Positions 1 through 13,109 are shown, counted from the first letter of the whole stretch. The stretch: 63,990 nt of DNA, filler included, from Octopus bimaculoides (GCF_001194135.2; 6 parts of 6 records of this genome joined end to end with filler, not necessarily neighbours in it); one strand, 5' to 3'. The notes: generated from the sequence alone by a model not told the origin. Numbers and translations: made by a program.

Positions 1-240
1 CATCAACTCTGGCCTTTTGTTAAGAAATACAGCAGGCTCTTTCGATTATCTGTAAATTCTCAGTGGACATTGGTATCAACAAGGTATACTGTAGAACAGA
101 CAAGACCTTGGTTCCGTAAGTTTCCAGACAAATTAGAAAGCAAGGAAGAGAATTTTCCCTTCTCTTTCACTTAAAACAGTAAAGGTGAGCCTTGTGTCAT
201 TCTTTGCGTGACCGTCTGGAAATTGTGTGTGTGTGTGTGT

Positions 241-473
241 GTTATTTCTTTACTACCCACAGGGGGCTACACACAGAGGGGACAAACAAGGACAGAGAAA
301 TAGATAGAGTCGATTATATCGACCCCAGTGCGTAATTGGCATTTATTTAATCGACCCCGAAAGGATGAAAGGCAAAGTCGACCTCGGCGGAATTTGAACT
401 CAGAACGTAACGGCAGGCGAAATACTGCTAAGCATTTCGCCCGGCGTGCTAACGTTTCTGCCAGCTCGCCGCC
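241..473 (-). mobile_element. tRNA-derived SINE, family A (full length)
   Basis: Reverse complement of the GGCGGCGAGCTGGCAGAAACGTTAGC...GTTCAAATTCCGCCGAGGTCGACTTTGCCTTTCATCCTTTCGGGGTCGAT repeat found many times in the window; A/B-box-like head. Confidence 0.9.
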
Positions 474-481
474 GTGTGTCT

Positions 482-512
<31 letters not shown>

Positions 513-520
513 CGCGCGTG

Positions 521-568
<48 letters not shown>

Positions 569-925
569 TGCGTGTGTGTGTGTATGTTTACGATTGTCTT
601 CATTTATTTCTGTTTACAATTTTATTGTTTTGTAATGTGAAATTTGAATTTGCTCGACCCTTTCTATTAGATGACGGATTCTGTCGAAGAATCCACTTTC
701 GATCAATAATACTTCCAGAAGTGTGCATAGCTAGCTTCACAGACACACTGAAGTGCATGTGAACTCTCTAGGTTGATAGTACGGTTTTATTGAATACATG
801 TTTGTACTGGCAGAACTGTGTTTGTCAGTATTTGCAAGTTCAATATGGCCGACCAAATGTTTATTCTTGTTTTTTTTTTCTTTTAAACTCAACCATTAAC
901 TACCTATGCAAGCGTTTTCTACCTG

Positions 926-959
<34 letters not shown>

Positions 960-1057
960 CGTAATTTTCTTCTCGGGAATCCTTGAAATAATTTTGTGTC
1001 TTAGGGAACCTCCTATATGGTTTTTTTGTTGTTTTTTTAATCATACATGTTTATTAA

Positions 1058-1283
1058 GGCGGCGAGCTGGCAGAAACGTTAGCACGCCGGACGAAATGCT
1101 TAATGGTATTTCGTCTGCCGCTACGTTCTGAGTTCAAATTCCGCCGAGGTCGACTTTGCCTTTCATCCTTTCGGGGTCGATAAATTAAGTACCAGTTACG
1201 CACTGGGGTCGATGTAATCGACTTAATCCCTTTGTCTGTCCTTGGTTGTCCCCTCTATGTTTAGCCCCTTGTGGGCAATAAAG
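1058..1283 (+). mobile_element. tRNA-derived SINE, family A (full length)
   Basis: Near-identical to the 241-473 copy in the opposite orientation; ends in an A-rich tail. Confidence 0.9.
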
Positions 1284-1314
1284 AAAAAAAAAAAAAAGAA
1301 TCGTGAATGCACTG

Positions 1315-1460
1315 AGCAAAATTGCTCTCCGGCATTTCTTCCGGTTCTTTATCTTTATGTTGAGTTCGAATACCGCGGAGATCAGCTTTGCCTTTCATTC
1401 TCACGGGGTCGAAAAATTAAGCACCATGCCAGTCGAGTGCTGAGATCGACGATGTCACCT
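1315..1460 (+). mobile_element. degenerate SINE family A
   Basis: GAGTTCGAATACCGCGGAGATCAGCTTTGCCTTTCATTCTCACGGGGTCGA matches the family A core. Confidence 0.7.
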
Positions 1461-1826
1461 AACGAATATTGCTGGTCTTAAACCATTATTGTACCTACTA
1501 TTTCTTTACTCCCTCCTACCAACTGTTTCTCAAGTTTATCGTTCTATTTAAATTGTATTTATGTATGTGTATGTGGGGCTTGTGGACAGTGGATTTCGTG
1601 CATGTATGTGTGTATGTAAGCATGTGTCATGCCCTTGGCGGCTATCAACTACGTAACTTTTATCAACTTTACCATCCTCCATTGCTTCTTGTCAACTTAG
1701 CATTTCTCTATCGACTTCAGTTTCGTATGTTACCTCTCTCTCTCTCTCTCGCTCGCTCGCTCTTATATGCGTGACTGGAGAATTTAACCAACCAACATTT
1801 ATATTGGCTATTATTACACAGAGATA

Positions 1827-2044
1827 AGGCGGTGAGCTGGCAGAATCGTTAGCACGCTGGACGAAATGCTTAGCAGTAGTTCGCCCGTCGCTATGTTCTG
1901 AGTTCAAATTCCGCTGAGGTCGACTTTGCCTTTCATCTTTTCGGAGTCGATGAATTAAGTACCAGTTGAGTACTGAGGTCGATGTAATCGACTACTCCCC
2001 TCCCCCAAAACTTCAGGCCTTGTGTCTATAGTAGAAAGGGTTAT
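1827..2044 (+). mobile_element. SINE family A
   Basis: Same head and core as the 1058 copy, with a different 3' tail (CCCCTCCCCCAAAACTTCAGGCCTTGTG). Confidence 0.88.
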
Positions 2045-2714
2045 TATACAGAGATGTTTTAATCTCAAAAAAGGAAGGGTTGTATATCTCTGTTTATTTC
2101 TTTTTAAATGGCCATACGCTAAGTTGCTTTGTGTTCAATTTTTAGTTTTAACTTTGAATACTTTGCCAAAGGACGTACTTCAGATTTTTTAACTTGTAGC
2201 AGCTCTCTGTTTCAATTTGAACGTGGATTCTTCTTTCAACTGGAAGGTTTTAGAAAACCACAAAACAGAATCATTCAACTTAAGTGAAGACATCACGAAA
2301 AATCTTACGAACGACACCCAACAACTACACAACAAATTCTTTGATTGGCATCCGTAAATATTCCAGTGAATGCAAAATTATTAATTGAAATTCAGTCAGG
2401 CTGTGATTAAGCTAAACATGGCTTATACAAAGAGTAACAAACAAGAGGCAAACGGTGAGACAAACGCAGTCACGGACAGAGCTAAATAAAAGAGAGACGC
2501 AATTACACGTTAGATTGAGTTCAATATCAGTTATTTTTGACAGCTAGGCTGTCTGTATGAACATTTCACAGCACCCAATGACTAAACTACCAGTAACTTA
2601 AAAACCAACAGTGGTAGGGTATATTTGTATTTGATACAGATAATATATGAATATATGCGTATATACGTACATGTATGTACATACCTACATCTACATGTAT
2701 ATATAGATGCATAT

Positions 2715-3105
2715 CTGGGTACAGGACGTTGCAAAAAAACGTGGACAAAATGATAAACAGAGTACAGAAAACACACAGGCCACATAGAGAACATTTCCTT
2801 CATCAGCTGCCACCATTCTAACACTGGCGTTTCGAAGAGTTAGGGCAGGACGCATCGTTAAAATGGTTCTTCCCACGGACCACAAATTAAATCTGTTCCA
2901 TGGAGGATAGTGGCGGACGGAAAACAAGACAGGAAAACGAAACGGTGAAATAAACAAACAAAAAGGCTGTACAGCCAGACGTGGAGAAGTATGTGTATAT
3001 TGAACGCTGTAAAGCACGAACTGGAGAGGCGAAGATGTGCGTGCGAAGCTTGGAGAGTCCAAGACCGAAAAGAAATAGCAACTGGACACATGTGACCAGC
3101 GAGGG
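2715..3105. mobile_element. dispersed repeat with Penelope-like (CTTCATCAG...CGTTTCG) motif
   Basis: A second, shorter copy lies at ~23555-23685. Classification as PLE-related is inferred from the motif only. Confidence 0.45.
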
Positions 3106-3445
3106 GTAGGGAGAAAAAGTGGCAGAGGGAGAAGAAGGGGAGGAAGTAGAATATAAGTGAGCAACGAGAGGTAGAGAGGGAGAGAGATAGTAGTAGTGAC
3201 GGGGAGAGGCGAAGGACGAGCAACGAGAGATAGATAGAGAGAGATATATATATAGTAGTGACAGGGAGAGGCGAAGAACAGTAGAGGGAAGAACGAGAGG
3301 GGGGATAGATACAAAGATAAAGAGAGTCGCGTCAGAAAAATAAAGTTCAAAACTTACTTATGTGCGTTCGATCGTGTGATACAAACAATATATGAGTATA
3401 TGCATATATATGTACATGTATGTCCTCACCCACCCACCGCTCTCT

Positions 3446-3476
<31 letters not shown>

Positions 3477-3544
3477 NNNNNNNNNNATATATGAGTATAT
3501 GCATATATATGTACATGTATGTCCTCACCCACCCACCGCTCTCT

Positions 3545-3585
<41 letters not shown>

Positions 3586-4341
3586 TCCTCCTCCTCCTCC
3601 TCCTCCTTTCTATATCTCTCTTTCGTTTCCACAGTCGCACAAACTGTCCAACGAAATTAGTTAGACGAGCAGAACTTTCGTTAATCTAATTTTTTCGACA
3701 CCATTTTGTCATTTTCTTTTCTTGGAACCGACGTGTTCCATTTTCAGCTAAACAGATGATGAACTTAAACAACAGACTACTCTTATTCTTCATTGAGCCC
3801 GTTCATCGTTGCTAAATTAATCTACCTGTTAAATAGCAAAAAGAAAGAAAGAAAAAAGAAAGAAAGAAAAAAGATGTTCCAGTGTTTCTTATATTTTTAT
3901 AGCTTCTTTTATATCTACTTATATATTGCAGAAGGTCGGATCTCTGTATAATAATAGTCAATGCATGGTGGCTGGCTGATTGGTTAATTGGTTTGGTTGG
4001 TTGCTAGATTGCTTGGTTGATTGGTTAGCTGGTTGGTTAGTTGGTTGGTTGCTTCTCCAGTCCCTCTTTGCGTCGTATGGAGAGAGGGGAGAAAGTAAAA
4101 GAGTGATACGGAGAGGTGAAGATGAGCGTACATTCCGGGCTTTTGTGACAGGCAATGAATAGATGAATGCTACACAGAGAGAAAGAGAGAGAGGGGGGAA
4201 AGAGAGAGAGAGAGGAGAAAGAGNNNNNNNNNNGAATAGATGAATGCTACACAGAGAGAAAGAGAGAGAGGGGGGAAAGAGAGAGAGAGAGAGAGAGAGG
4301 AGAAAGAGAGAGAGAGGAGAGAAAGAGAGAGGTGGGAGAGG

Positions 4342-4401
<60 letters not shown>

Positions 4402-4480
4402 AAGAAAGAAAGAAAGAATCATAGAGACAGAAGATGAGGCGGAGGAAAAAGAAGAGGAGAACCAGCATAGATGTGTGTAA

Positions 4481-4548
<68 letters not shown>

Positions 4549-4843
4549 CTGTTTAGAGAAAGAGTGAGAAAGGGAGAGAGAGTGAGAGATGGGTGAGGTG
4601 AATGTACGAACTTCCAAACTACAAAAACCAACACGGAAAGCAATTTCTTTAACATTTTTTTTTAAATATTGTTTCATTTAATCTTATTTTATTGTAATAA
4701 ATATATTTCTTTTGGAAATTAGTATTCATCTCATCGTTTTGTATAAGCAATCAAAAAACTTTGATAATTATTGTGTGCATGCCATATTTCCTGATGTTAC
4801 CCATAACGGCAAAGGTATACTTTCGAAGTTACTCGTCATAATG

Positions 4844-5961
4844 GTCACCAATCACCGGCGTCTTTTGTCCTTTGAAACAAGTACATTTTTTTGTGCACAA
4901 AAATCTTCAATCATTGTTAATTTTCTCGCTTGCGTCATCGTCGCCGTTGTCATAGAGACCATAGCCATTACTGTTAAAGTCGACGAAGAAACAAATTTGG
5001 CGATGAAGACAAGGGCCTCTACGTAGTGGTCTGGACTGGTNNNNNNNNNNNNNNNNNNNNNNNNNNNNNNNNNNNNNNNNNNNNNNNNNNNNNNNNNNNN
5101 NNNNNNNNNNNNNNNNNNNNNNNNNNNNNNNNNNNNNNNNNNNNNNNNNNNNNNNNNNNNNNNNNNNNNNNNNNNNNNNNNNNNNNNNNNNNNNNNNNNN
5201 NNNNNNNNNNNNNNNNNNNNNNNNNNNNNNNNNNNNNNNNNNNNNNNNNNNNNNNNNNNNNNNNNNNNNNNNNNNNNNNNNNNNNNNNNNNNNNNNNNNN
5301 NNNNNNNNNNNNNNNNNNNNNNNNNNNNNNNNNNNNNNNNNNNNNNNNNNNNNNNNNNNNNNNNNNNNNNNNNNNNNNNNNNNNNNNNNNNNNNNNNNNN
5401 NNNNNNNNNNNNNNNNNNNNNNNNNNNNNNNNNNNNNNNNNNNNNNNNNNNNNNNNNNNNNNNNNNNNNNNNNNNNNNNNNNNNNNNNNNNNNNNNNNNN
5501 NNNNNNNNNNNNNNNNNNNNNNNNNNNNNNNNNNNNNNNNNNNNNNNNNNNNNNNNNNNNNNNNNNNNNNNNNNNNNNNNNNNNNNNNNNNNNNNNNNNN
5601 NNNNNNNNNNNNNNNNNNNNNNNNNNNNNNNNNNNNNNNNNNNNNNNNNNNNNNNNNNNNNNNNNNNNNNNNNNNNNNNNNNNNNNNNNNNNNNNNNNNN
5701 NNNNNNGGGGAGGACGAGGAGCAGACTTCATAATTGAAGGTTTTCTCGTCGTCACCGTGCTTGTGATTTCTCGTTCCCCCAAGAAATAGGAGTCAAATCT
5801 CCATCGTATCGAAACCCACGAGCGTCTTTAACAGTAAATGGCTATGGTCTCTATGACAACGGCGACGATGACGCAAGCGAGAAAATTAACAACGATTGAA
5901 GATTTTTGTGCACAAAAAGTGTACTTGTTTCAAAGGACAAAAGACGACGGTGACTGGTGAC
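4844..5961. mobile_element. putative non-autonomous DNA element with ~138-bp terminal inverted repeats
   Basis: 4844-4982 is the reverse complement of 5824-5961 with few mismatches; the interior is mostly an N gap; no TSD seen. Confidence 0.75.
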
Positions 5962-6924
5962 TGACTGCTGACTGGAGACTGGAGAATACTATACAGCGAA
6001 TGGCTAGAAAATATTTTAGTAGGTTATCGAAAAGAAAATAAGTGAGGCCTTATTCTAAGACGCTGGTAGTGGGAGGCAAGATTTCAAAGGATGTGACAGC
6101 AATGTTTGGGTTTAGTATACCACTCACTCACTTGGAATTGGCTGAGAATGGCAGATGGATTATAAGGTGAGGCGTGAGAATAAGAAAAACAAGCAGTTTG
6201 GAAAGAGAAAGTTATGAAATGAGAAAGTTGTTATAAAGAGAGAGATTCATTTAGATAAGAAGTGTTTTCTGTTTCTGGTACATGAGCTGACGGAGTCTGA
6301 AACACAAGATATAAAATACACATACACACATACACATTCAGGAACTAAATAGATTCTTTTCTATAAAATTGTCAACGTCAAACGATAACCTACATTTAAC
6401 TATCGGATGACATTTTAGAAAATAATATGCGAGGTTTGTTTTAAGAAATGAACGCAGTCAGACGACAGCTAAGTAACTGAAGCAGAAGCCGATCAAAATA
6501 AGCGAAGAAAACTACCGTTTGGTAAATGGCGGCGGCGGTGGTGGCAGTGGCGGTGGTGGTGGTGAATTCGAGAATTTAACTAAATAATGTTAATTTTCTA
6601 CTGTGCATTTACTTAAAGATTCTCTCATCACGAGTTCGGCAAATACGATGATGTCTATGCATCAACGGGGATGGTGATAATAAGGCCGAAATATGTCTAG
6701 AGTTGTTCGTATTTGCAAAAAGGACTGGAATAATTTCCTTCCAAATTTTGACATAAAGCCAGCAATTATAGGAGTAGATACTAGTCGATTACATCGTTTC
6801 CCAATACTTGATTGATATTTTATTCTATCGACCTTGAAAGAATAGTGATCAATATGATATTGATTTATTACAGGTGGTGAATTGGCGGAACATCAGAGAG
6901 AGCATCATTGGCGCATCAGACAGA

Positions 6925-7387
6925 ATATGGAGTGCATTCCAGACGTTTTCAATTTTTTTTTCTCAGGTGAGACATCTATTTATTTCAAAGAAGTACAAGA
7001 CTCTAATCTTTTTCAATGTAGTGAAGGTATCCAAGACCCTGGTCTTCAAAATGACTACTCCTGAGGTTCTCCCCACCCCCGCTTAGGGTACAACCAAAAG
7101 TCACTGGGAGCAAGATCTGAGATGCAAGAAAGGTTACGGACAGGTTTGATGCCCAACTCTCTCAAGTAGTTAATTGGTTAGCAGGACGCTCGTCACTGAG
7201 CACCCTGGGGACAAACTTTGCACAAATTTTGCGCATGACCAGATCTTCATGAATAATTTTGAGTACAGCTGCCACACCAGCTACAAACTATATGCTTATT
7301 GTCTCTATAGACACGCGACGGTTTTCATCCAGAAAATTACGGATTTTCTCAAGCAGCCCTGATGTTCTGAGATCCCTCTCTTTTCGA
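6925..7387 (-). mobile_element. internally deleted mariner transposase relic
   Basis: The minus strand encodes LLEKIRNFLDENRRVSIETIS and IIHEDLVMRKICAKFVPRVLSD (WVPH/L-like), then jumps to a DLAPSDFWL (YSPDLAPSD-like) segment. Confidence 0.8.
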
Positions 7388-8449
7388 CNNNNNNNNNNNN
7401 NNNNNNNNNNNNNNNNNNNNNNNNNNNNNNNNNNNNNNNNNNNNNNNNNNNNNNNNNNNNNNNNNNNNNNNNNNNNNNNNNNNNNNNNNNNNNNNNNNNN
7501 NNNNNNNNNNNNNNNNNNNNNNNNNNNNNNNNNNNNNNNNNNNNNNNNNNNNNNNNNNNNNNNNNNNNNNNNNNNNNNNNNNNNNNNNNNNNNNNNNNNN
7601 NNNNNNNNNNNNNNNNNNNNNNNNNNNNNNNNNNNNNNNNNNNNNNNNNNNNNNNNNNNNNNNNNNNNNNNNNNNNNNNNNNNNNNNNNNNNNNNNNNNN
7701 NNNNNNNNNNNNNNNNNNNNNNNNNNNNNNNNNNNNNNNNNNNNNNNNNNNNNNNNNNNNNNNNNNNNNNNNNNNNNNNNNNNNNNNNNNNNNNNNNNNN
7801 NNNNNNNNNNNNNNNNNNNNNNNNNNNNNNNNNNNNNNNNNNNNNNNNNNNNNNNNNNNNNNNNNNNNNNNNNNNNNNNNNNNNNNNNNNNNNNNNNNNN
7901 NNNNNNNNNNNNNNNNNNNNNNNNNNNNNNNNNNNNNNNNNNNNNNNNNNNNNNNNNNNNNNNNNNNNNNNNNNNNNNNNNNNNNNNNNNNNNNNNNNNN
8001 NNNNNNNNNNNNNNNNNNNNNNNNNNNNNNNNNNNNNNNNNNNNNNNNNNNNNNNNNNNNNNNNNNNNNNNNNNNNNNNNNNNNNNNNNNNNNNNNNNNN
8101 NNNNNNNNNNNNNNNNNNNNNNNNNNNNNNNNNNNNNNNNNNNNNNNNNNNNNNNNNNNNNNNNNNNNNNNNNNNNNNNNNNNNNNNNNNNNNNNNNNNN
8201 NNNNNNNNNNNNNNNNNNNNNNNNNNNNNNNNNNNNNNNNNNNNNNNNNNNNNNNNNNNNNNNNNNNNNNNNNNNNNNNNNNNNNNNNNNNNNNNNNNNN
8301 NNNNNNNNNNNNNNNNNNNNNNNNNNNNNNNNNNNNNNNNNNNNNNNNNNNNNNNNNNNNNNNNNNNNNNNNNNNNNNNNNNNGAGAGCGTGCACGCGCG
8401 TAAGACAAAGGCTGCATTACCAAGAATAAGCGAACAAGATGTCAGCAGA

Positions 8450-8810
8450 GCCTGTATCTCTCTGACCTTGGCTACGTGAATTACGTTGCCCTTGCAGCTA
8501 ATCAACTGAACAATGCACATGACTCGCTAACATCTCATAAGAACGCCGCAGAAGAAAGAAAACTGAATTCACGACCAATGAGGGAGGATGACAGCCACCT
8601 GCCAATTTGCTTCAAAAATGGCTGGCAACTCAAGGAGGTCAATAATTTCAAGTAGTTACGCTCCTGTGTTGCTGACAGCGAGAAAGACTTCCTTACATGC
8701 AAAGGACTAACTTTTGAGTGCCTGTAACAAACTTCAAAACATGCAGTAATCAAGTGTTTTCACATCAAGGCATATGTAGAGAGCATTCTTTTCTACGGAG
8801 CTGAAACCTA
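8450..8810 (+). mobile_element. RTE-clade LINE reverse transcriptase fragment (decayed)
   Basis: Plus-strand pieces SDLGY(AD)YVAL..., LKEVNNFK and ESILFYGAET resemble the RTE RT domain 5 to thumb region; stops present. Confidence 0.65.
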
Positions 8811-9043
8811 GACTCTTTTTTTTTTTTTGTCTTTTTCACTCTATATATACAGATATAAATATACATACACACACAAACACACACACACACACACACATAT
8901 ATATGTGTATATACATATATGATATACATATATTCGTACATACATACACACACTCACACACATATATATATATGCATACATATTGTTTTACTTGTTTCAC
9001 TCAGGTGACTGCGGTCATGCTGATATGTATATATATATATATA

Positions 9044-9321
9044 TGGTGGTTGTCTACTCCTTAAACAGAGTTTGACCACCTCCTGCACCTACACCTTAGC
9101 CCTTTCATGGCGTCTGATGTGGCTTTTTAAACCAGACAGTGTTTTGAAAAAACACCCACACAGATTGCACCTCTGATTTGCACTACCAATACCCGCAAGT
9201 AAGTTCTGCTCATTGTGGATCCTAACATGTCTTTTAAGACCCCCATTGGATTTGCAAACCCTCTGGCACACACCACATTCAAACGTGTGCACAGACATAT
9301 AATCAGAATAGCTGGGTGAGG
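9044..9321 (-). mobile_element. 3' end of LINE (probably RTE) with two C2H2 zinc fingers
   Basis: Encodes CGVCQRVCKSNGGLKRHVRIH and CNLCGCFFKTLSGLKSHIRRH, then a stop, a short 3' UTR and a (TA)n tail; the rest is hidden in a gap. Confidence 0.65.
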
Positions 9322-9723
9322 NNNNNNNNNNNNNNNNNNNNNNNNNNNNNNNNNNNNNNNNNNNNNNNNNNNNNNNNNNNNNNNNNNNNNNNNNNNNNNN
9401 NNNNNNNNNNNNNNNNNNNNNNNNNNNNNNNNNNNNNNNNNNNNNNNNNNNNNNNNNNNNNNNNNNNNNNNNNNNNNNNNNNNNNNNNNNNNNNNNNNNN
9501 NNNNNNNNNNNNNNNNNNNNNNNNNNNNNNNNNNNNNNNNNNNNNNNNNNNNNNNNNNNNNNNNNNNNNNNNNNNNNNNNNNNNNNNNNNNNNNNNNNNN
9601 NNNNNNNNNNNNNNNNNNNNNNNNNNNNNNNNNNNNNNNNNNNNNNNNNNNNNNNNNNNNNNNNNNNNNNNNNNNNNNNNNNNNNNNNNNNNNNNNNNNN
9701 NNNNNNNNNNNNNNNNNNNNNNN

Positions 9724-10030
9724 GGGTCATCCCATAAATAATGCGGGTTTTTTTATACTTCTTTTATTTTTCAAAATTAAGACAAAGTTCTTTTTTAATC
9801 TAAAATATATTCTCTCTCATTTTCTACCATGCTCTTCCACCTATCCGGTAGACTTGCAAGGCCTCTCTTCCAAATTTCACTTGTCCGTGACAAAAAATAC
9901 TCCTCCAGCTCTGTTCTGACCTCGTCTACAGAATTCATATTTTTTTTCGTCCAAATGATTTCGAAGACTGCGGAATAAATGATAATCAGATGGGGCAATG
10001 TCCGGCGAATATGATTTGGGATAAAAAGAG
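9724..10030 (-). mobile_element. mariner transposase 3' relic with terminal repeat
   Basis: YSPDIAPSDYHLFRSLRNHL and KRGLASLPDRWKSMVENEREY; TIR-like GGGTCATCCCATAAATAATGCGG next to the gap. Confidence 0.88.
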
Positions 10031-10520
10031 AAACTGTGTACAGTAGTGGGAATCAGCTGCCCAGCAGATGTTAACATAAAGCTAAAGATCAGCGAAAAAG
10101 AAAATATCTACGCTAAACTATTGAGAAATTTGCAGTTACTCTATTCAGATTTAGAAATTAAGATTTATACCTGTAATTAATGGAGCCCTGGGATATGTAA
10201 CACACTGCCTAAATACCAATCTTGAGAAATTAGGCTTCTCAAAAGCAGGAAGGAGAAAGCTGCTTTGAAGACTACATATCTAATCCATTACTGGAACTGT
10301 AAAAATCTCTAAAACTTTCCAGAAGTTTATCATTTAAGCATATATGAGCATGTCTAAATACGCAACTATATGCATAGGAATACATATAAATTTGCACATA
10401 TACATACATTCACATAAGAATATCCTGCTGTTGAAATTCTACTGAAGGAGCCCTGGATCTAGGTCAGAAACCAGCTCTTTCTCTATTTGGCAAAAGATCT
10501 CGAAATAATACTGAATAATG
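10030..10520 (+). mobile_element. R4/Dong-like LINE 3' fragment (restriction-like endonuclease C-terminus)
   Basis: Encodes ISCPADVNIKLKISEKENIYAKLL...IPVI(N)GALGYV, typical of the end of a REL domain. Confidence 0.65.
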
Positions 10521-10664
10521 ACATACATAGACAGACAGACTCCAAGTTTCTTGGTTTCTTTATTCATTTAGGGGACTATACGGACGTGAACGAGTAAACG
10601 TACAAACGCACGAAGCGAAAATGTCGGAGTAGAGATGGATTCAATGAACTACTTCGAACAAATA

Positions 10665-10909
10665 CAGGGTGAGCCAAAAGTAGCTATACACTTTGAAATA
10701 TTTTTCATTTTATTACTTTTACACTCATTTATTACAATTACATTTATGAAACACAGTTTAATCTCGCAAATGTTGAAATGTCCTCCTTCAACATGGGAAC
10801 ATTCATCAAACGTCCCAGAACACCGTAACACACAGCACATTATTCACGGTACTTGTAAAAAACAAATAAGTTAATTTTAAAAGTGTTTACCTACTTTGGG
10901 CCCACCCTG
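10665..10909. mobile_element. Tc1/mariner-type MITE
   Basis: TIRs CAGGGTGAGCCAAAAGTAG / CTACTTTGGGCCCACCCTG, with TA on both flanks. Confidence 0.85.
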
Positions 10910-11090
10910 TATATTGTAAAAATATAATAAAAATAAAATAAAATAAGAAATAGCAGCCTTCTACCAAAACTACGACCTCTTCACATTTCAGTGCCTTTAC
11001 CATTTTTCTAAGAGATGTACAGTATGTAACTGAAGACATTGAAACTGGATTCTCGGACATTTTCTTGCACAGTTGTTGTTGTTGTTGTTG

Positions 11091-11281
11091 TTGGCACTCC
11101 GTCGCTTACGACGTCGAGGGTTCCAGTTGATCCGATCAACGGAACAGCCTGCTCGTGAAATTAACGTGCAAGTGGCTGAGCACTCCACAGACACGTGTAC
11201 CCTTAACGTAGTTCTCGGGGATATTCAGCGTGACACAGTGTGACAAGGCTGACCCTTTGAAATACAGGCACAACAGAAACA
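11091..11281 (-). mobile_element. SINE 3' portion (family D body)
   Basis: Matches 52341-52530 and 41016-41200; (CAA)n tail on the minus strand; truncated by a gap. Confidence 0.85.
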
Positions 11282-12381
11282 NNNNNNNNNNNNNNNNNNN
11301 NNNNNNNNNNNNNNNNNNNNNNNNNNNNNNNNNNNNNNNNNNNNNNNNNNNNNNNNNNNNNNNNNNNNNNNNNNNNNNNNNNNNNNNNNNNNNNNNNNNN
11401 NNNNNNNNNNNNNNNNNNNNNNNNNNNNNNNNNNNNNNNNNNNNNNNNNNNNNNNNNNNNNNNNNNNNNNNNNNNNNNNNNNNNNNNNNNNNNNNNNNNN
11501 NNNNNNNNNNNNNNNNNNNNNNNNNNNNNNNNNNNNNNNNNNNNNNNNNNNNNNNNNNNNNNNNNNNNNNNNNNNNNNNNNNNNNNNNNNNNNNNNNNNN
11601 NNNNNNNNNNNNNNNNNNNNNNNNNNNNNNNNNNNNNNNNNNNNNNNNNNNNNNNNNNNNNNNNNNNNNNNNNNNNNNNNNNNNNNNNNNNNNNNNNNNN
11701 NNNNNNNNNNNNNNNNNNNNNNNNNNNNNNNNNNNNNNNNNNNNNNNNNNNNNNNNNNNNNNNNNNNNNNNNNNNNNNNNNNNNNNNNNNNNNNNNNNNN
11801 NNNNNNNNNNNNNNNNNNNNNNNNNNNNNNNNNNNNNNNNNNNNNNNNNNNNNNNNNNNNNNNNNNNNNNNNNNNNNNNNNNNNNNNNNNNNNNNNNNNN
11901 NNNNNNNNNNNNNNNNNNNNNNNNNNNNNNNNNNNNNNNNNNNNNNNNNNNNNNNNNNNNNNNNNNNNNNNNNNNNNNNNNNNNNNNNNNNNNNNNNNNN
12001 NNNNNNNNNNNNNNNNNNNNNNNNNNNNNNNNNNNNNNNNNNNNNNNNNNNNNNNNNNNNNNNNNNNNNNNNNNNNNNNNNNNNNNNNNNNNNNNNNNNN
12101 NNNNNNNNNNNNNNNNNNNNNNNNNNNNNNNNNNNNNNNNNNNNNNNNNNNNNNNNNNNNNNNNNNNNNNNNNNNNNNNNNNNNNNNTGGTGGCCGACGT
12201 TGTTTTTGCTGTTGTTGTTGTTGAATTTCTGGCTATTGTTTCTCTGGACGATGTCCTGGTTCTTCAAGGTCGCTTGATAGGCGGGTGGGGAAGGAGAAGA
12301 GAACACGATGAAGAAAAGGGAGAAATGGGGGCAGGCGGGGGAAGGGGAGAAGGTGGAGAGTCGTAAGAGGGAGTAATGGGA

Positions 12382-12426
<45 letters not shown>

Positions 12427-12690
12427 AAACGAAAGAAAGAGAACGAAAGAAAGAGAACGAAAGAAAGAGAACGAAAGAAAGAAAGAGAATGAAAAAAAGA
12501 AAAACGAAAGAAAGAAAAAAGGACAACGAAAGAAAAAGAAAGAAAGAAGAGAACGAAAGAAAGAAAGAAAGAAAGAAAGAAAAAGGTCGATGCAGTTCTG
12601 TAAAAATTGCAACTATGCGGTTGCCAGGGAAAATAACCAGAGATTGTTGAGACTCAATGTTTGTTGAGAGTGTGGAAATTTATCTATGAT

Positions 12691-12730
<40 letters not shown>

Positions 12731-13109
12731 ATCACCACCATCACTAACACTACCACCACTAGCACCACGATTACCACCAACACCACTACTGATGCTGCTA
12801 CCAATATTAGGACCCCTTTCGATCAAAATGACCATGAAATTGCACCAAGAAAGTTCTCCGAGGCACAAGTCCGGACAAGGTTGTTTATGAAAGATCAGCA
12901 GTCACCCATGCATACCAGCCACCTCTCAGTCCGCCGTGGCCGACTTTGACTTTCATCTATCGGATCGATAAAATAAATACCAGTTAAGCACTGGGGAAAT
13001 GTTACTGACTTACCCATTCCCCTAAATCTGCTAATCTTGTACTAAAGTTGAAATCATTATTAAAAGTCTCCAGTCATGATAAGAAAGAGATCGTTGCCGT
13101 CTGATGTGA

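Noticed and set aside
1-190. Plus-strand open frame from position 1 with nearby GTAAGT/GTGAGC donor-like sites
   Set aside because: No recognisable protein similarity and the acceptor lies outside the window; cannot be supported.
2795-2860. CTGATGA and CGAAAC motifs on the minus strand resembling a hammerhead
   Set aside because: The order is reversed, GAAAC is followed by GCC rather than NUH, and no stem I can form for a type II topology.
3386-4300. Exact duplications flanking 10-N gaps (3386-3570 and 4164-4300)
   Set aside because: Typical overlapping contig ends left unmerged; assembly artefact.
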